In this document: piece after piece, positions 50,943 to 59,788 of the stretch
Layout of the letters: each line of letters begins with the position of its first letter
Numbering within the stretch: the stretch's first letter is position 1
NCBI GenBank assembly: GCA_963693095.2
Contig: OY843768.1
Span: 960,001 to 1,024,000, forward strand
Source of the DNA: Cenarchaeum sp.
GTDB taxonomy: Archaea > Thermoproteota > Nitrososphaeria > Nitrososphaerales > Nitrosopumilaceae
Length of the DNA stretch: 64,000 nt
Direction of reading: 5' to 3'
Position numbers and translations under genes: made by a program
The notes under the pieces: model-generated
What the model was told of the DNA's origin: nothing
Databases searched by the model: none
Seen by the model: only the letters and a program-made list of their open reading frames with translations

Positions 50943-51902
50943 CTAGGACTTCATCTCGAAGATCTTTATCGCCTTTGGGGGGCAGACGCCCTCGCAAGCG
51001 AGGCAGAATATACAGTCAGGCTCCTTTGACATTAGCGGCTTTTTGCCTGACGCGGCGTTGCCCGGCGTGTCAAACCACTCGTACACGTCAACGGGGCACG
51101 CGTCAATGCACGCGCCGTCTGCAACGCATATGTCAAAGTCAACGGAGACGAACTCGCCCCAGACGCCCATGACCGCATTGTCATCGCCCTTGCGGCCCCA
51201 CGTCTTTATCGTGTGCTCACCGTCGGTCACCTTGTACGGCGAGGATGCGGGCATGTGCGACTTGTATTCAATGTCTATGGGGCCAGGCTTTGCGCCTTCA
51301 GGAACCTCGACTGCGAGCTCGGCCACTGGAGCAGGCGTGCCGTCAGCTGCTGCAGGTGCCGGAGCAACTGGCTTTGGCTTGCCGCCGGGAACAATCTTTG
51401 CGAGTGGCGTCATCTCCTCGAGCCGCAATATCGCCTCGGCCTTTGTGACCTTTTCGGACTTTGCGAGCGATTCGACCATCTTGTCGGCCACGATGGTGTT
51501 GCGCATGATCGTGTCTATGATCATCTTTGCGTAATGGTCTGCCTTTTTGCGATAGTCCGTGACCCATTGCGGGTCGCCAAACTTTTCGAGCGGAAAGACC
51601 TGGTATATGATGTCAGTCACCTCGCCGGTGACTATCTCGACTGTGACTGACAGGTCGACTGACTCGGAGTCCTCCCCGTCACGCCTCTCGGTCCACGAGT
51701 GCGTCGCATAGATGCGATCTGCATACGTGTCCATGTTGAACGTCTTTTTGAGGCCGTCGGTGATAGACTTTATCTCGCCGGGCTCGTCGATCTTTACGGG
51801 CAGGCGATAGAGGCCAAGCTTGTAGCCGTGGAGGGGATAGACGCCGCGCTTGGCAGTGGCCGCCTCCATGGTGTAAACCCTGTCCTTTAGGAGCAGTGAC
51901 AC
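50943..51902 (-). CDS. Multidomain protein with C-terminal Zfx-like dicluster ferredoxin
   Basis: CVADGACIDACP and CIFCLACEGVCP motifs; Pro/Ala linker; unknown N-terminal domain. Confidence 0.85.
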   Translation of the reverse strand: MSLLLKDRVYTMEAATAKRGVYPLHGYKLGLYRLPVKIDEPGEIKSITDGLKKTFNMDTYADRIYATHSWTERRDGEDSESVDLSVTVEIVTGEVTDIIYQVFPLEKFGDPQWVTDYRKKADHYAKMIIDTIMRNTIVADKMVESLAKSEKVTKAEAILRLEEMTPLAKIVPGGKPKPVAPAPAAADGTPAPVAELAVEVPEGAKPGPIDIEYKSHMPASSPYKVTDGEHTIKTWGRKGDDNAVMGVWGEFVSVDFDICVADGACIDACPVDVYEWFDTPGNAASGKKPLMSKEPDCIFCLACEGVCPPKAIKIFEMKS

Positions 51903-52108
51903 TGGCAGGGCGCGCCTGTGGGTTTGCTTAAAAACCTTCTCGGAGGCACGCGCCGGGGGCGCCTAGATCGCAGGGAGGCGAGATGGCCGATCCTGGGGGC
52001 GCACGGAACAGGGCGTTGGCAGTGCCGGCATTGGCGGGCTTTTGGCATGTCAGGTCGCGCCCATCATCTCCGGAAAGGGCTGCAGGCCGCAACAGACGGG
52101 CAGCGGCC

Positions 52109-53632
52109 CTAGACATAGTCGTCAAGCGAGTTGGCCGACTTGCGCCGTGGAGGCGAGCGCGTGGCCGGCTTTGCCGGCCGCCTCTCTATGCTCATGCCCA
52201 CACGTGCGGCGGCCTTGATCTTTTTCTTGCCTATCCAGTGGTATGCGACGTCGATCGTCCCCTTTGTGACCAGGCTGACGAGGCGTCCTGCGCTGTGCCT
52301 GCCCGTGCGCCCGCGCCGCTGCACGTAGCGTATCGAGCTTGGGACGCTGTCATAGAACACGACGAGGTTTACTGCAGAGATGTCAAGGCCCTCCTCGCCC
52401 ACGCGTGTCGTGACGAGAACGCGGTACTCGTCGGCGCGAAACCTCGCGACAGTCTCGACTTGCTTTTTCTGCTTTAGTCCGGCCTCACCGGCCTTGCCTA
52501 TTAGCATCTCGGCGTCAATCCCGTTCTCAACAAGCTTGTCACGTATAACCTCCACAGAGTCGCGATAGCTAGAGAACACTATTGCCTTGTCATCAGATTT
52601 CGAGAGTAGCTCGAGGAGCCGCGCCATCTTTGGGTGCTCCATGCCGCTCTTTTGGAGAACGCGCGCACGCGCGACTGCTGCTGAAAAATTTGGATCATCC
52701 TCCATGAGCGCCTTGGCACCGGCGTTCTTTTTTGCTGCGCGCTCGCAAAAGCGCAGGAATGTCGTCGTTCCGTGGGCCTCGAACATGTTTAACGAGTACG
52801 TTATGCGTATTGCCGAAAAGAGCGGCTTTATGGCGTTCTTGCGGTGCGAGAGGACAAACTGGCGCAGGCGCAAAAGGGCGGAGAGCGACTTGTTTGAGCC
52901 AGTGTCTAGCCCGAGTGCCTTTAGTGCCGCATAGCGCTCACCGAGTGCCTTTTTGATCAGCAACTGGATCTCGAGCATCGTTGCCGGAAGCTCTAGCATT
53001 ATGACGTCTGTGTCCGTCTTTTGGATGTATTTTTTGACGTCGTCGCTAGACTCAGAGCGCGTCTCCACGCTCTGCGCGCCTAGCGCATCGACTATCTCGT
53101 TGACCTTGGCGCGCTCGGCCGGAAGCGTTGCAGTCATCCCGACTAGGCGCGCCGTGGTGCCAGAGAACGCCGACGCTATTGCCGTGTACGCATAGTTGCC
53201 GACTGCCCTGTGCGCCTCGTCAAATATGACGAGGCCAAAGTCCCCCGGCGATATAACGCCACGGATCAGGTCGTTTTGCGCAATCTCTGGAGTCGCGCAC
53301 ACGACGCTGTTGAACCAGAGCTTCGAGCGCCGCTTTAGCGCCTCCTCGCCGGTCACAAGCGATATGTCCTCGATGGTCAGGTGCTCCATCATGAACCTGC
53401 GGTGCTGCTCGGCGAGAACGCGCGTTGGAGCTAGCATTAGCGAGACGCCGCGCGCGCGCTCGAGGAACCCCGCGATGAGCTGCAGCGCAACGGCCGTCTT
53501 GCCAAGGCCGGTGGGCAGGACCAGGATGCAGTTCTCGGATGCGGCATGGCGTGCGAGGCTGACCTGATAGTCGCGAACCTCGAGGGTGCCCTGCCTGACG
53601 TAGCGTCCCTCCAGGTATTCAGGCTCCCCCAC
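52109..53632 (-). CDS. Hef/Mph1 (FANCM-like) SF2 helicase, helicase domain only
   Basis: RDYQ, LPTGLGKT, FDEAHRAVGNYAY, GMTAT, GEEGLDI, QRRGRTGR. Confidence 0.9.
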   Translation of the reverse strand: MGEPEYLEGRYVRQGTLEVRDYQVSLARHAASENCILVLPTGLGKTAVALQLIAGFLERARGVSLMLAPTRVLAEQHRRFMMEHLTIEDISLVTGEEALKRRSKLWFNSVVCATPEIAQNDLIRGVISPGDFGLVIFDEAHRAVGNYAYTAIASAFSGTTARLVGMTATLPAERAKVNEIVDALGAQSVETRSESSDDVKKYIQKTDTDVIMLELPATMLEIQLLIKKALGERYAALKALGLDTGSNKSLSALLRLRQFVLSHRKNAIKPLFSAIRITYSLNMFEAHGTTTFLRFCERAAKKNAGAKALMEDDPNFSAAVARARVLQKSGMEHPKMARLLELLSKSDDKAIVFSSYRDSVEVIRDKLVENGIDAEMLIGKAGEAGLKQKKQVETVARFRADEYRVLVTTRVGEEGLDISAVNLVVFYDSVPSSIRYVQRRGRTGRHSAGRLVSLVTKGTIDVAYHWIGKKKIKAAARVGMSIERRPAKPATRSPPRRKSANSLDDYV

Positions 53633-53718
53633 GCGAGGCGTGCCGGGCCTGCGCGCTTTTAAAGATGGCCATGGTTCGCCCAAAACCAATATTTACACGG
53701 GCGCCCCTGATGCGCCCC

Positions 53719-54243
53719 ATGGAGCACGAGCGGCCCACGTGGGACGAGTACTTTATGCTCCAGGCCGAGCTTGCCAAGCTGCGCTCCAACTGCATGGCAA
53801 AGCGCGTCGGCGCCGTCATAGTCAGGGACAACAGGCAGCTCGCCACCGGATACAACGGGACGCCCCCCGGCGTCAGGAACTGCTATGAGGGCGGCTGCGC
53901 GCGCTGCACCGAGCGCGTCGAGGGCAAGATAGCCTCCGGTGAGGCCCTAGAGCGCTGCCTCTGCAACCATGCCGAGGCCAATGCGATAATGCACTGCGCG
54001 ATACTCGGAATCGGAACCGGCCGGTCCGGCACGTCGCTCTACTCGACGATGGTCCCGTGCCTAGAGTGCACAAAGATGGCAGTGACTGTGGGCGTTGTCA
54101 GGATCGTCTGTGTCGAGGGGTATGCCGAGTCTGACATGGGCCTCCTCGCCGACGCGCGCGTCGAGGTCGTCCGCATGGACGCTAGGCGTGTCGAGCGCTG
54201 GGCAAGGGAGCTCGTGGCCGAGTATGGCGCAAAAAAGTCTTAA
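53719..54243 (+). CDS. dCMP deaminase family protein
   Basis: RPTWDEYFM, TGYNG, HAEANAI, PCLEC. Confidence 0.92.
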   Translation: MEHERPTWDEYFMLQAELAKLRSNCMAKRVGAVIVRDNRQLATGYNGTPPGVRNCYEGGCARCTERVEGKIASGEALERCLCNHAEANAIMHCAILGIGTGRSGTSLYSTMVPCLECTKMAVTVGVVRIVCVEGYAESDMGLLADARVEVVRMDARRVERWARELVAEYGAKKS

Positions 54244-54268
54244 AGGCCCCGGTTCGCGCGCGGGACGC

Positions 54269-54673
54269 ATGGCAAAGAACCGCCGGATAAAGATACTCGT
54301 CGCAAAGATGGGCCTTGACGGCCACGACAGGGGCGCGATGGTCCTCTGCCGCGCGTTTCGCGACGCCGGAATGGAGGTGATCTACTCTGGCCTCTTTGCG
54401 ACGCCAAAGCGCGTGGCGCAGATAGCCGAGGACGAGGACGTCGATGCCATAGCGATGAGCCTCCTCAACGGCGCGCACAATACGCTCTTTCCGCGCGTCG
54501 TGAGCGAGCTCGGCAAGAAGGGCATGCGCAACGTCCTCGTCATGGGCGGCGGGATAATACCCGAGTCTGACAGGGGCGCACTGGAGAAGCGCGGGCTAAA
54601 TGGCGTCTTTGGTCCTGGAACGCCCTTGCCGGGAATCATAGAGCACATACAAAAGAACGTAAAAAAGCGCTAG
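54269..54673 (+). CDS. Methylmalonyl-CoA mutase cobalamin-binding (small) subunit
   Basis: AKMGLDGHDRGA, SLLNGAH, GGGIIP. Confidence 0.92.
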   Translation: MAKNRRIKILVAKMGLDGHDRGAMVLCRAFRDAGMEVIYSGLFATPKRVAQIAEDEDVDAIAMSLLNGAHNTLFPRVVSELGKKGMRNVLVMGGGIIPESDRGALEKRGLNGVFGPGTPLPGIIEHIQKNVKKR

Positions 54674-54675
54674 GC

Positions 54676-55674
54676 CTACTCGGTCGAGTCTGGCCACATC
54701 ATCTTGCGCATGCGTCGGCCGACCTCCTCGATCTGGTGTGAATCGAGTGCCTTCATGTGGGACTCGAACGAGTCCTTGCCGCCAGACGCGTATGCCGACA
54801 CCCATTCAGAGTTGAACGTGCCGTCGCGTATCTCGCCGAGAACTCCGGCCATGCGCTCCTTTGCCTGCGCGTCGATCACGCGAGGCCCGCGCGTGAGGCC
54901 TCCGTATCGTGCCGTCTCGCTGACGCGCCTGTACATTCCGGCGACGCCATAGCGCTGAATCATGTCAACGATGAGCTTTAGCTCGTGGAGAACCTCAAAG
55001 TATGCTATCTCGGGCTGGTATCCGGCCTCGACTAGCGTCTCAAACGCGTTGATGACCATCGAGGCCGAGCCCCCGCACAGGTCAGCCTGCTCGCCAAACC
55101 AGTCAGTCTCGACCTCCTCCTGAAACGTCGTGCGTATGACTCCTGCGCGCGTGCTGCCGATCGCCTTTGCGAGGGCGAGTGTGCGATCCCACGCGTTGCC
55201 GGTGTGGTCCTGGTGAACCGCGACGATCGATGGCGTGCCAAACCCGTCAAGGTACGTCTCGCGAACCTTGGAGCCGGGCCCCTTTGGCGCCACCATGATA
55301 ACGTCAATGTCAGACGGCACGTCTATCCACTTCCAGTGGATCGCCGCCGCGTGCGAAAAGGAGAGCGCGTTGCCTGCAGAGAGCCCCTGCGCAATCTCCT
55401 CGCCGTACACCTTGGCCTGGACCATATCGGGTATGAGGACGTGGATGACGTCCGCTGCGGCGCACGCCTCGCGCACGCCCATGACCGTGTGACCGTCAGC
55501 AGTCGCCTTTTTCCAGCTCGCCCCGCCCTCCTTTAGGCCCACAATGACGTCGAGTCCAGAGTCCTTCATGTTGTTGGCCTGCGCGTCGCCCTGTATGCCA
55601 TATCCGATAACTGCGACCTTTTGGCCATTGAGCGGCTCGAGGCTAGTGTCTGCGTCTCCCCAGGTCTGCACCAT
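54676..55674 (-). CDS. ilvC: Ketol-acid reductoisomerase
   Basis: IGYGIQG, MVAPKGPG, ETDWFGEQADLCGG, YFEVLHELKLIVD. Confidence 0.96.
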   Translation of the reverse strand: MVQTWGDADTSLEPLNGQKVAVIGYGIQGDAQANNMKDSGLDVIVGLKEGGASWKKATADGHTVMGVREACAAADVIHVLIPDMVQAKVYGEEIAQGLSAGNALSFSHAAAIHWKWIDVPSDIDVIMVAPKGPGSKVRETYLDGFGTPSIVAVHQDHTGNAWDRTLALAKAIGSTRAGVIRTTFQEEVETDWFGEQADLCGGSASMVINAFETLVEAGYQPEIAYFEVLHELKLIVDMIQRYGVAGMYRRVSETARYGGLTRGPRVIDAQAKERMAGVLGEIRDGTFNSEWVSAYASGGKDSFESHMKALDSHQIEEVGRRMRKMMWPDSTE

Positions 55675-55766
55675 TTCAGGGCATGCTCCATTTCGCGCAA
55701 ATATTAACCAATGAGTGCGTTAGGGCTACCGTCATTTATAAAGACGGCGAGTCTCCCCGTGGCCTG

Positions 55767-55871
55767 ATGAGCGAGGACGAGTCTGATAGCAAGGCAGAGG
55801 CAGCCGAGCCAGAGAAGCCAAAGAAAAAGCCAGTCGAGATTGAGCTTGGTGGCAGCATGCGCTACAATTGA
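55767..55871 (+). CDS. 34-aa peptide, array unit 1
   Basis: MSEDESDSKAEAAEPEKPKKKPVEIELGG-SMRYN. Confidence 0.7.
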   Translation: MSEDESDSKAEAAEPEKPKKKPVEIELGGSMRYN

Positions 55872-56034
55872 CACAGGATTCCCGAGTGTCATCCTGCAAA
55901 CCCATAGTAAAGACCCCAAATGTGTCCAAGGCACGCAGCGCAGATCTGCCCAACCAAAAACCGGAACATGGTCTAGCCGCCACGCACATATGCCTCTGAA
56001 ATATTTATAAAGACGGCGAGCACACAGGCTGCTG

Positions 56035-56130
56035 ATGAGCGAGGACGAGTCTGATAGCAAGACCAAGACAGCCGAGCCAAAGAAAAAGCCGGTCAAGCTG
56101 GAGTTTGGTGGCCTTGTGCGCTACATTTGA
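56035..56130 (+). CDS. 31-aa peptide, array unit 2
   Basis: MSEDESDSKTKTAEPKKKPVKLEFGG-LVRYI. Confidence 0.7.
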   Translation: MSEDESDSKTKTAEPKKKPVKLEFGGLVRYI

Positions 56131-56284
56131 CACAAGATTCCCGAGAGTGCCACATCATAAATCCACAGTAAAGACTCCAAATGTGTCCAAGGCGTGCAGC
56201 ACAAATTCACCCAACCCAAAACTGTAACATGCCCCACACATGCCTCTGAAATATTTATAAAGACGGCTAATGTATAGGCTGCTG

Positions 56285-56380
56285 ATGAACGAGGACGAGT
56301 CCGATAGCAAGACCAAGACAGCCGAGCCAAAGAAAAAGCCGGTCAAGGTGAAGTTTGGTGGCCTTGTGCGTGCCGTTTGA
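56285..56380 (+). CDS. 31-aa peptide, array unit 3
   Basis: MNEDESDSKTKTAEPKKKPVKVKFGG-LVRAV. Confidence 0.7.
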   Translation: MNEDESDSKTKTAEPKKKPVKVKFGGLVRAV

Positions 56381-56416
56381 AGCAAGATTCCCGGGCAGCG
56401 TCACGGAGGGGCATAG

Positions 56417-56992
56417 TTGAACCCCAAAGACATCTATCACGCGACACAAGAGCAGATTCGTCACCACGATACGGTTTTGGAGGGGCAGAAGGCAAGGGCT
56501 CGCACACTCCTTAGCGTCGGTGCCGTGCTTCTCGGTATTATGGCCATCAGTCTGGGAAACTATGCAGGATTTGTCCAGGGAAATTATGCTGGAGTCATAA
56601 ACGATCCTCAAATGCTGCTGGTTCAGGCAATAGCGGTCACAATGATGCTCGGTGTGGCCGGACTCGGAGGGGCAATGACGTCAGTGATATTTTCTGCACG
56701 TGCGCTATCTGTGTCATACGCACATCAGCCCATAATGTCTGAAAACTTTAGAAATGGCGACTACACGGAGGACGAGATTTTGGATGCCCTGGTAAACATG
56801 CCTGAACACGAGACATACATGATGCTAACCAAGTCTTGTATTCAGGCACTGCGCAGCCGCGAGCAGGACCTGGACAAGATTGGGGCAAGGGCATCAATGG
56901 CACAAACGAGCCTGCTGTCTGGACTGGTGCTTGCCGGCACGGGTGCCATGGTTACGCTTGCCGTGTTCGTCCCGGCGCTTCTGGCCGTGTAG
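56417..56992 (+). CDS. Hypothetical 3-TM membrane protein
   Basis: Helix, KARTLL-TM1, TM2, soluble loop, C-terminal TM3. Confidence 0.7.
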   Translation: MNPKDIYHATQEQIRHHDTVLEGQKARARTLLSVGAVLLGIMAISLGNYAGFVQGNYAGVINDPQMLLVQAIAVTMMLGVAGLGGAMTSVIFSARALSVSYAHQPIMSENFRNGDYTEDEILDALVNMPEHETYMMLTKSCIQALRSREQDLDKIGARASMAQTSLLSGLVLAGTGAMVTLAVFVPALLAV

Positions 56993-57037
56993 CGGATCGC
57001 GCGTTGCGGCGGCACGCTGCCCAACTTTAATATAATT

Positions 57038-57718
57038 ATGATCGGCGGCAGGCGCTCAGATAGGCCGTTGCTTGCGATCTTTGACGTCGAGGGTGTGCTC
57101 TTTGATGCCGAGTACCTCCCCATGCTCGCCGAGGAGCGCGGCAAGGAGGACGAGATTTGGGAGATCACGAGGCGAGGCATAGAGGGCACGATCAACTGGG
57201 AGGAGGGCCTCCGAAAGAGGGTCGACATACTGCGCGGCATAGACTATGGCACGTGTGAGCGCGTTGCTGACGCGCTGCCCATAATGACAGGCGCGCACGA
57301 GCTCTGCTCGACGCTAAAGGCCGCCGGATGGCGCATCATGGCAGTCTCGGGCGGATTTACGATAATGACTGACCGCCTAAAGCGCGAGCTCGGCCTAGAC
57401 ACCATACTCTCCAACGAGCTCGTCTTTGAGGACAACCAGCTTGACGGCGTCCGGATAAAGGTCGGCTCGGACAAGGCGTATGCGGCCTCTGCGGCAATCG
57501 CCGAGATGGGCGAGCGCGTCGAGGACACAGTCGCCATAGTCGACGGGGCCAACGACATAAAGCTCTTTGACATATGTGGCCTCGGAATCGCGTTTCGGGC
57601 ACAGGACATCGTCAGGGAGCAGGCCAACGCGGTACTAGAGAGAAAGGACCTCATCGATGCGCTCGACGTGATAAACAAGCACTATGGACTGGCCCTCAAG
57701 GCGCCATCCCGCGCCTAG
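57038..57718 (+). CDS. serB: Phosphoserine phosphatase (HAD family)
   Basis: FDVEGVL, VSGGF, DGAND motifs. Confidence 0.85.
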   Translation: MIGGRRSDRPLLAIFDVEGVLFDAEYLPMLAEERGKEDEIWEITRRGIEGTINWEEGLRKRVDILRGIDYGTCERVADALPIMTGAHELCSTLKAAGWRIMAVSGGFTIMTDRLKRELGLDTILSNELVFEDNQLDGVRIKVGSDKAYAASAAIAEMGERVEDTVAIVDGANDIKLFDICGLGIAFRAQDIVREQANAVLERKDLIDALDVINKHYGLALKAPSRA

Positions 57719-57730
57719 GGCATCGGCGCA

Positions 57731-58480
57731 ATGCCTGCTCGTGAGCTCTGCGTCGTGCCGGTCAGCATTGACGGCGAGGTTGCGCGCGGCCAGAGCCTCG
57801 GTGCTGCCCTGGCGCGCTCGGGCGCAGAGGTTGTTGACGGCGATGTCCTCGTCGTCTCGCAAAAGGCAGTCTCAAAGTCAGAGGGGCGCGTCGTGGAGCT
57901 TGACACCGTCAGCCCGTCCGCACTTGCGCTCGGCATCGCCTCCGAGTATGGCAAGGACGCGCGCGTCGTAGAGCTCGTCATGGCCGAGGCGAGGCGCATA
58001 GTGCGCATGGGCCATGGCGTCATCATTACCGAGACGCATGGCGGCCTCGTGTGCGCCAACTCGGGAGTCGACGAGAGCAACATGCGCGAGGGGCACGCCG
58101 CGCTCCTGCCCGAGGATCCCGACGCGTCTGCGCGGCGCATAAGGGCAGAGGTCGCCGAGTCCTGCAGTGCCGACGTCGGCGTCATAGTGTCAGACACGTT
58201 TGGGCGGCCATTTCGGACAGGCCAGGTTGACTGCGCCATAGGGTCTGCCGGAGTCGGCGCCGCACTAGACTATGCCGGAAGCCCGGACGCGTTTGGGCGC
58301 ACGCTGCAGACCACAATGATTGCAGTAGCCGACGAGATCGCCGGCGCTGCCGAGCTCGTCATGGGCAAGCTCGACAGGTGCCCCATGGCAATAGTCCGTG
58401 GAGCAGGCCTCGTCATATCCGGACAGGCCGAGTCGGCATCCACGCTCATCAGGCCCGATGGCGAGGACCTGTTCAGGTAG
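57731..58480 (+). CDS. cofE: Coenzyme F420-0:L-glutamate ligase
   Basis: DGDVLVVSQKAVSKSEGR, ANSGVDESN, SDTFGRPFR.G, ADEIA. Confidence 0.93.
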   Translation: MPARELCVVPVSIDGEVARGQSLGAALARSGAEVVDGDVLVVSQKAVSKSEGRVVELDTVSPSALALGIASEYGKDARVVELVMAEARRIVRMGHGVIITETHGGLVCANSGVDESNMREGHAALLPEDPDASARRIRAEVAESCSADVGVIVSDTFGRPFRTGQVDCAIGSAGVGAALDYAGSPDAFGRTLQTTMIAVADEIAGAAELVMGKLDRCPMAIVRGAGLVISGQAESASTLIRPDGEDLFR

Positions 58481-58559
58481 GCAAGGGTTTGCTACCTGCT
58501 GCTGGCATCCCTAAACTCTTAAAAGCCAGCCGTCTGTGCGCGTGATCACATTGCGGCAA

Positions 58560-59468
58560 ATGAGGACAGAGCTACACTGCCACAATGTCTTTTCCAACTT
58601 TAATGTCGGTCCCCTAGAGGCGCCGTATGACTGCAGCGTGGGCGTTCGCGAGCAGCTCGACGGCGCCCTTGCGGCCGGACTAGACGCGATATTTGTAACA
58701 AACCACAACACGCTTGACGGGTACGAGCAGGCCCGAGAGTACGCCTCGACGCACGCGCGCCATGCCGGCATTGCAGTCTATCCGGCCGAGGAGATTACGC
58801 TAGATGACGGCTCGCACGTCATCGCATATGGCATATCGAGCCGCGTGCGCCCCGGCAGGAGCCTCGGCGAGACGCTCGATGCGATTCGCGCGCAGGGCGG
58901 CGTCTCGTCTGCACCCCACCCGTTTAGCATACTAGACGCGCTGCGCGAGCGCGCCGCCGAGTGTGACATCATGGAGGTCTTTAACAGCAACAATGCAGAT
59001 ATCATATCCAACGCGCGTGCCGCATCGTTTGCCGATGAGCGATCCATGGTCGGCGTTGCCGGAAGCGACTCGCACGTGGCATCGACGATCGGCAGGTGCG
59101 TGAACGTCATTGACGCCGAGGAGAGCCTCGACTCGGCGCTCGACTCGCTGAGGCGCGGGCGCGTCTCGATATGCGAGGCCGGATATGCGACAGGGAGCGA
59201 GGCTATCGACCACATACGCTACAAGATCGAGAACTCGGCCGAGTATATCGACGAGTACATGGCGCGCTTTTATCCGCGCTCGCGCCACTTTTTTGCGCTA
59301 TTGCTGCGCGCGTTTCGCAAAAACCCCGACAGCCGCCTGTGGATACTCCTCTACCGCATAGCCGTGGCAGGAATGAGGCGCATATCGCGAAAGATAAACC
59401 TCGAGGGGCATGACGTCGGGCCGATGGCCGCGCGCAGCCTAGGCGGCATGGCCCGCATGGCGATCTGA
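58560..59468 (+). CDS. PHP-domain phosphoesterase
   Basis: ELHCH, TNHN, AEEI, PHPF, EVFN, GSDSH. Confidence 0.88.
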   Translation: MRTELHCHNVFSNFNVGPLEAPYDCSVGVREQLDGALAAGLDAIFVTNHNTLDGYEQAREYASTHARHAGIAVYPAEEITLDDGSHVIAYGISSRVRPGRSLGETLDAIRAQGGVSSAPHPFSILDALRERAAECDIMEVFNSNNADIISNARAASFADERSMVGVAGSDSHVASTIGRCVNVIDAEESLDSALDSLRRGRVSICEAGYATGSEAIDHIRYKIENSAEYIDEYMARFYPRSRHFFALLLRAFRKNPDSRLWILLYRIAVAGMRRISRKINLEGHDVGPMAARSLGGMARMAI

Positions 59469-59560
59469 GCGGCAAGGGCTGCAGGGTCTCTCGCGCAACG
59501 CGTCTGCACCTTGCCGCCATCACAGAGTTTAATACACGCGCGCCTTCGCATTGGCCACGT

Positions 59561-59788
59561 ATGGCAGACAAGGAGCTTGACGCGACGGGGCTGTTCTGCC
59601 CCGAGCCGGTCTTTCGCACAAAGATAGAGATCGAGCGCATGCAGGCAGGCTCGACGATTGCAGTAAAGGCCGACGATCCGGCCGCCGAGGACGACATATC
59701 AAAGTGGGCCACGCGCCACGGCCATGAAATCCTCTCGATGAAAAAGGACGGCAACGTCATAGAGTTTGAGATCAAAAAGGGCAAGTGA
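59561..59788 (+). CDS. tusA: TusA-family sulfur carrier
   Basis: LDATGLFCPEP, DDPAA..DI..W. Confidence 0.92.
   Translation: MADKELDATGLFCPEPVFRTKIEIERMQAGSTIAVKADDPAAEDDISKWATRHGHEILSMKKDGNVIEFEIKKGK

Larger units (their letters stand above)
55734..56392 (+). repeat. Three-unit tandem repeat (periods 268 and 250 bp), each unit = TATA box + peptide ORF + spacer
   Basis: ATTTATAAAGACGGC at 55734, 56003 and 56253; CTGATGA(G/A)CGAGGACGAGTC in each unit; conserved spacer motifs. Confidence 0.92.

Noticed and set aside
52109-53632. Hef helicase truncated by loss of the ERCC4 nuclease
   Set aside because: The ORF ends cleanly, and a helicase-only form with separate XPF is, as recalled, normal in this phylum.
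55734-56392. CRISPR array interpretation of the tandem repeat
   Set aside because: Units are ~250-270 bp and similar along their whole length, with no unique spacers and no cas genes.
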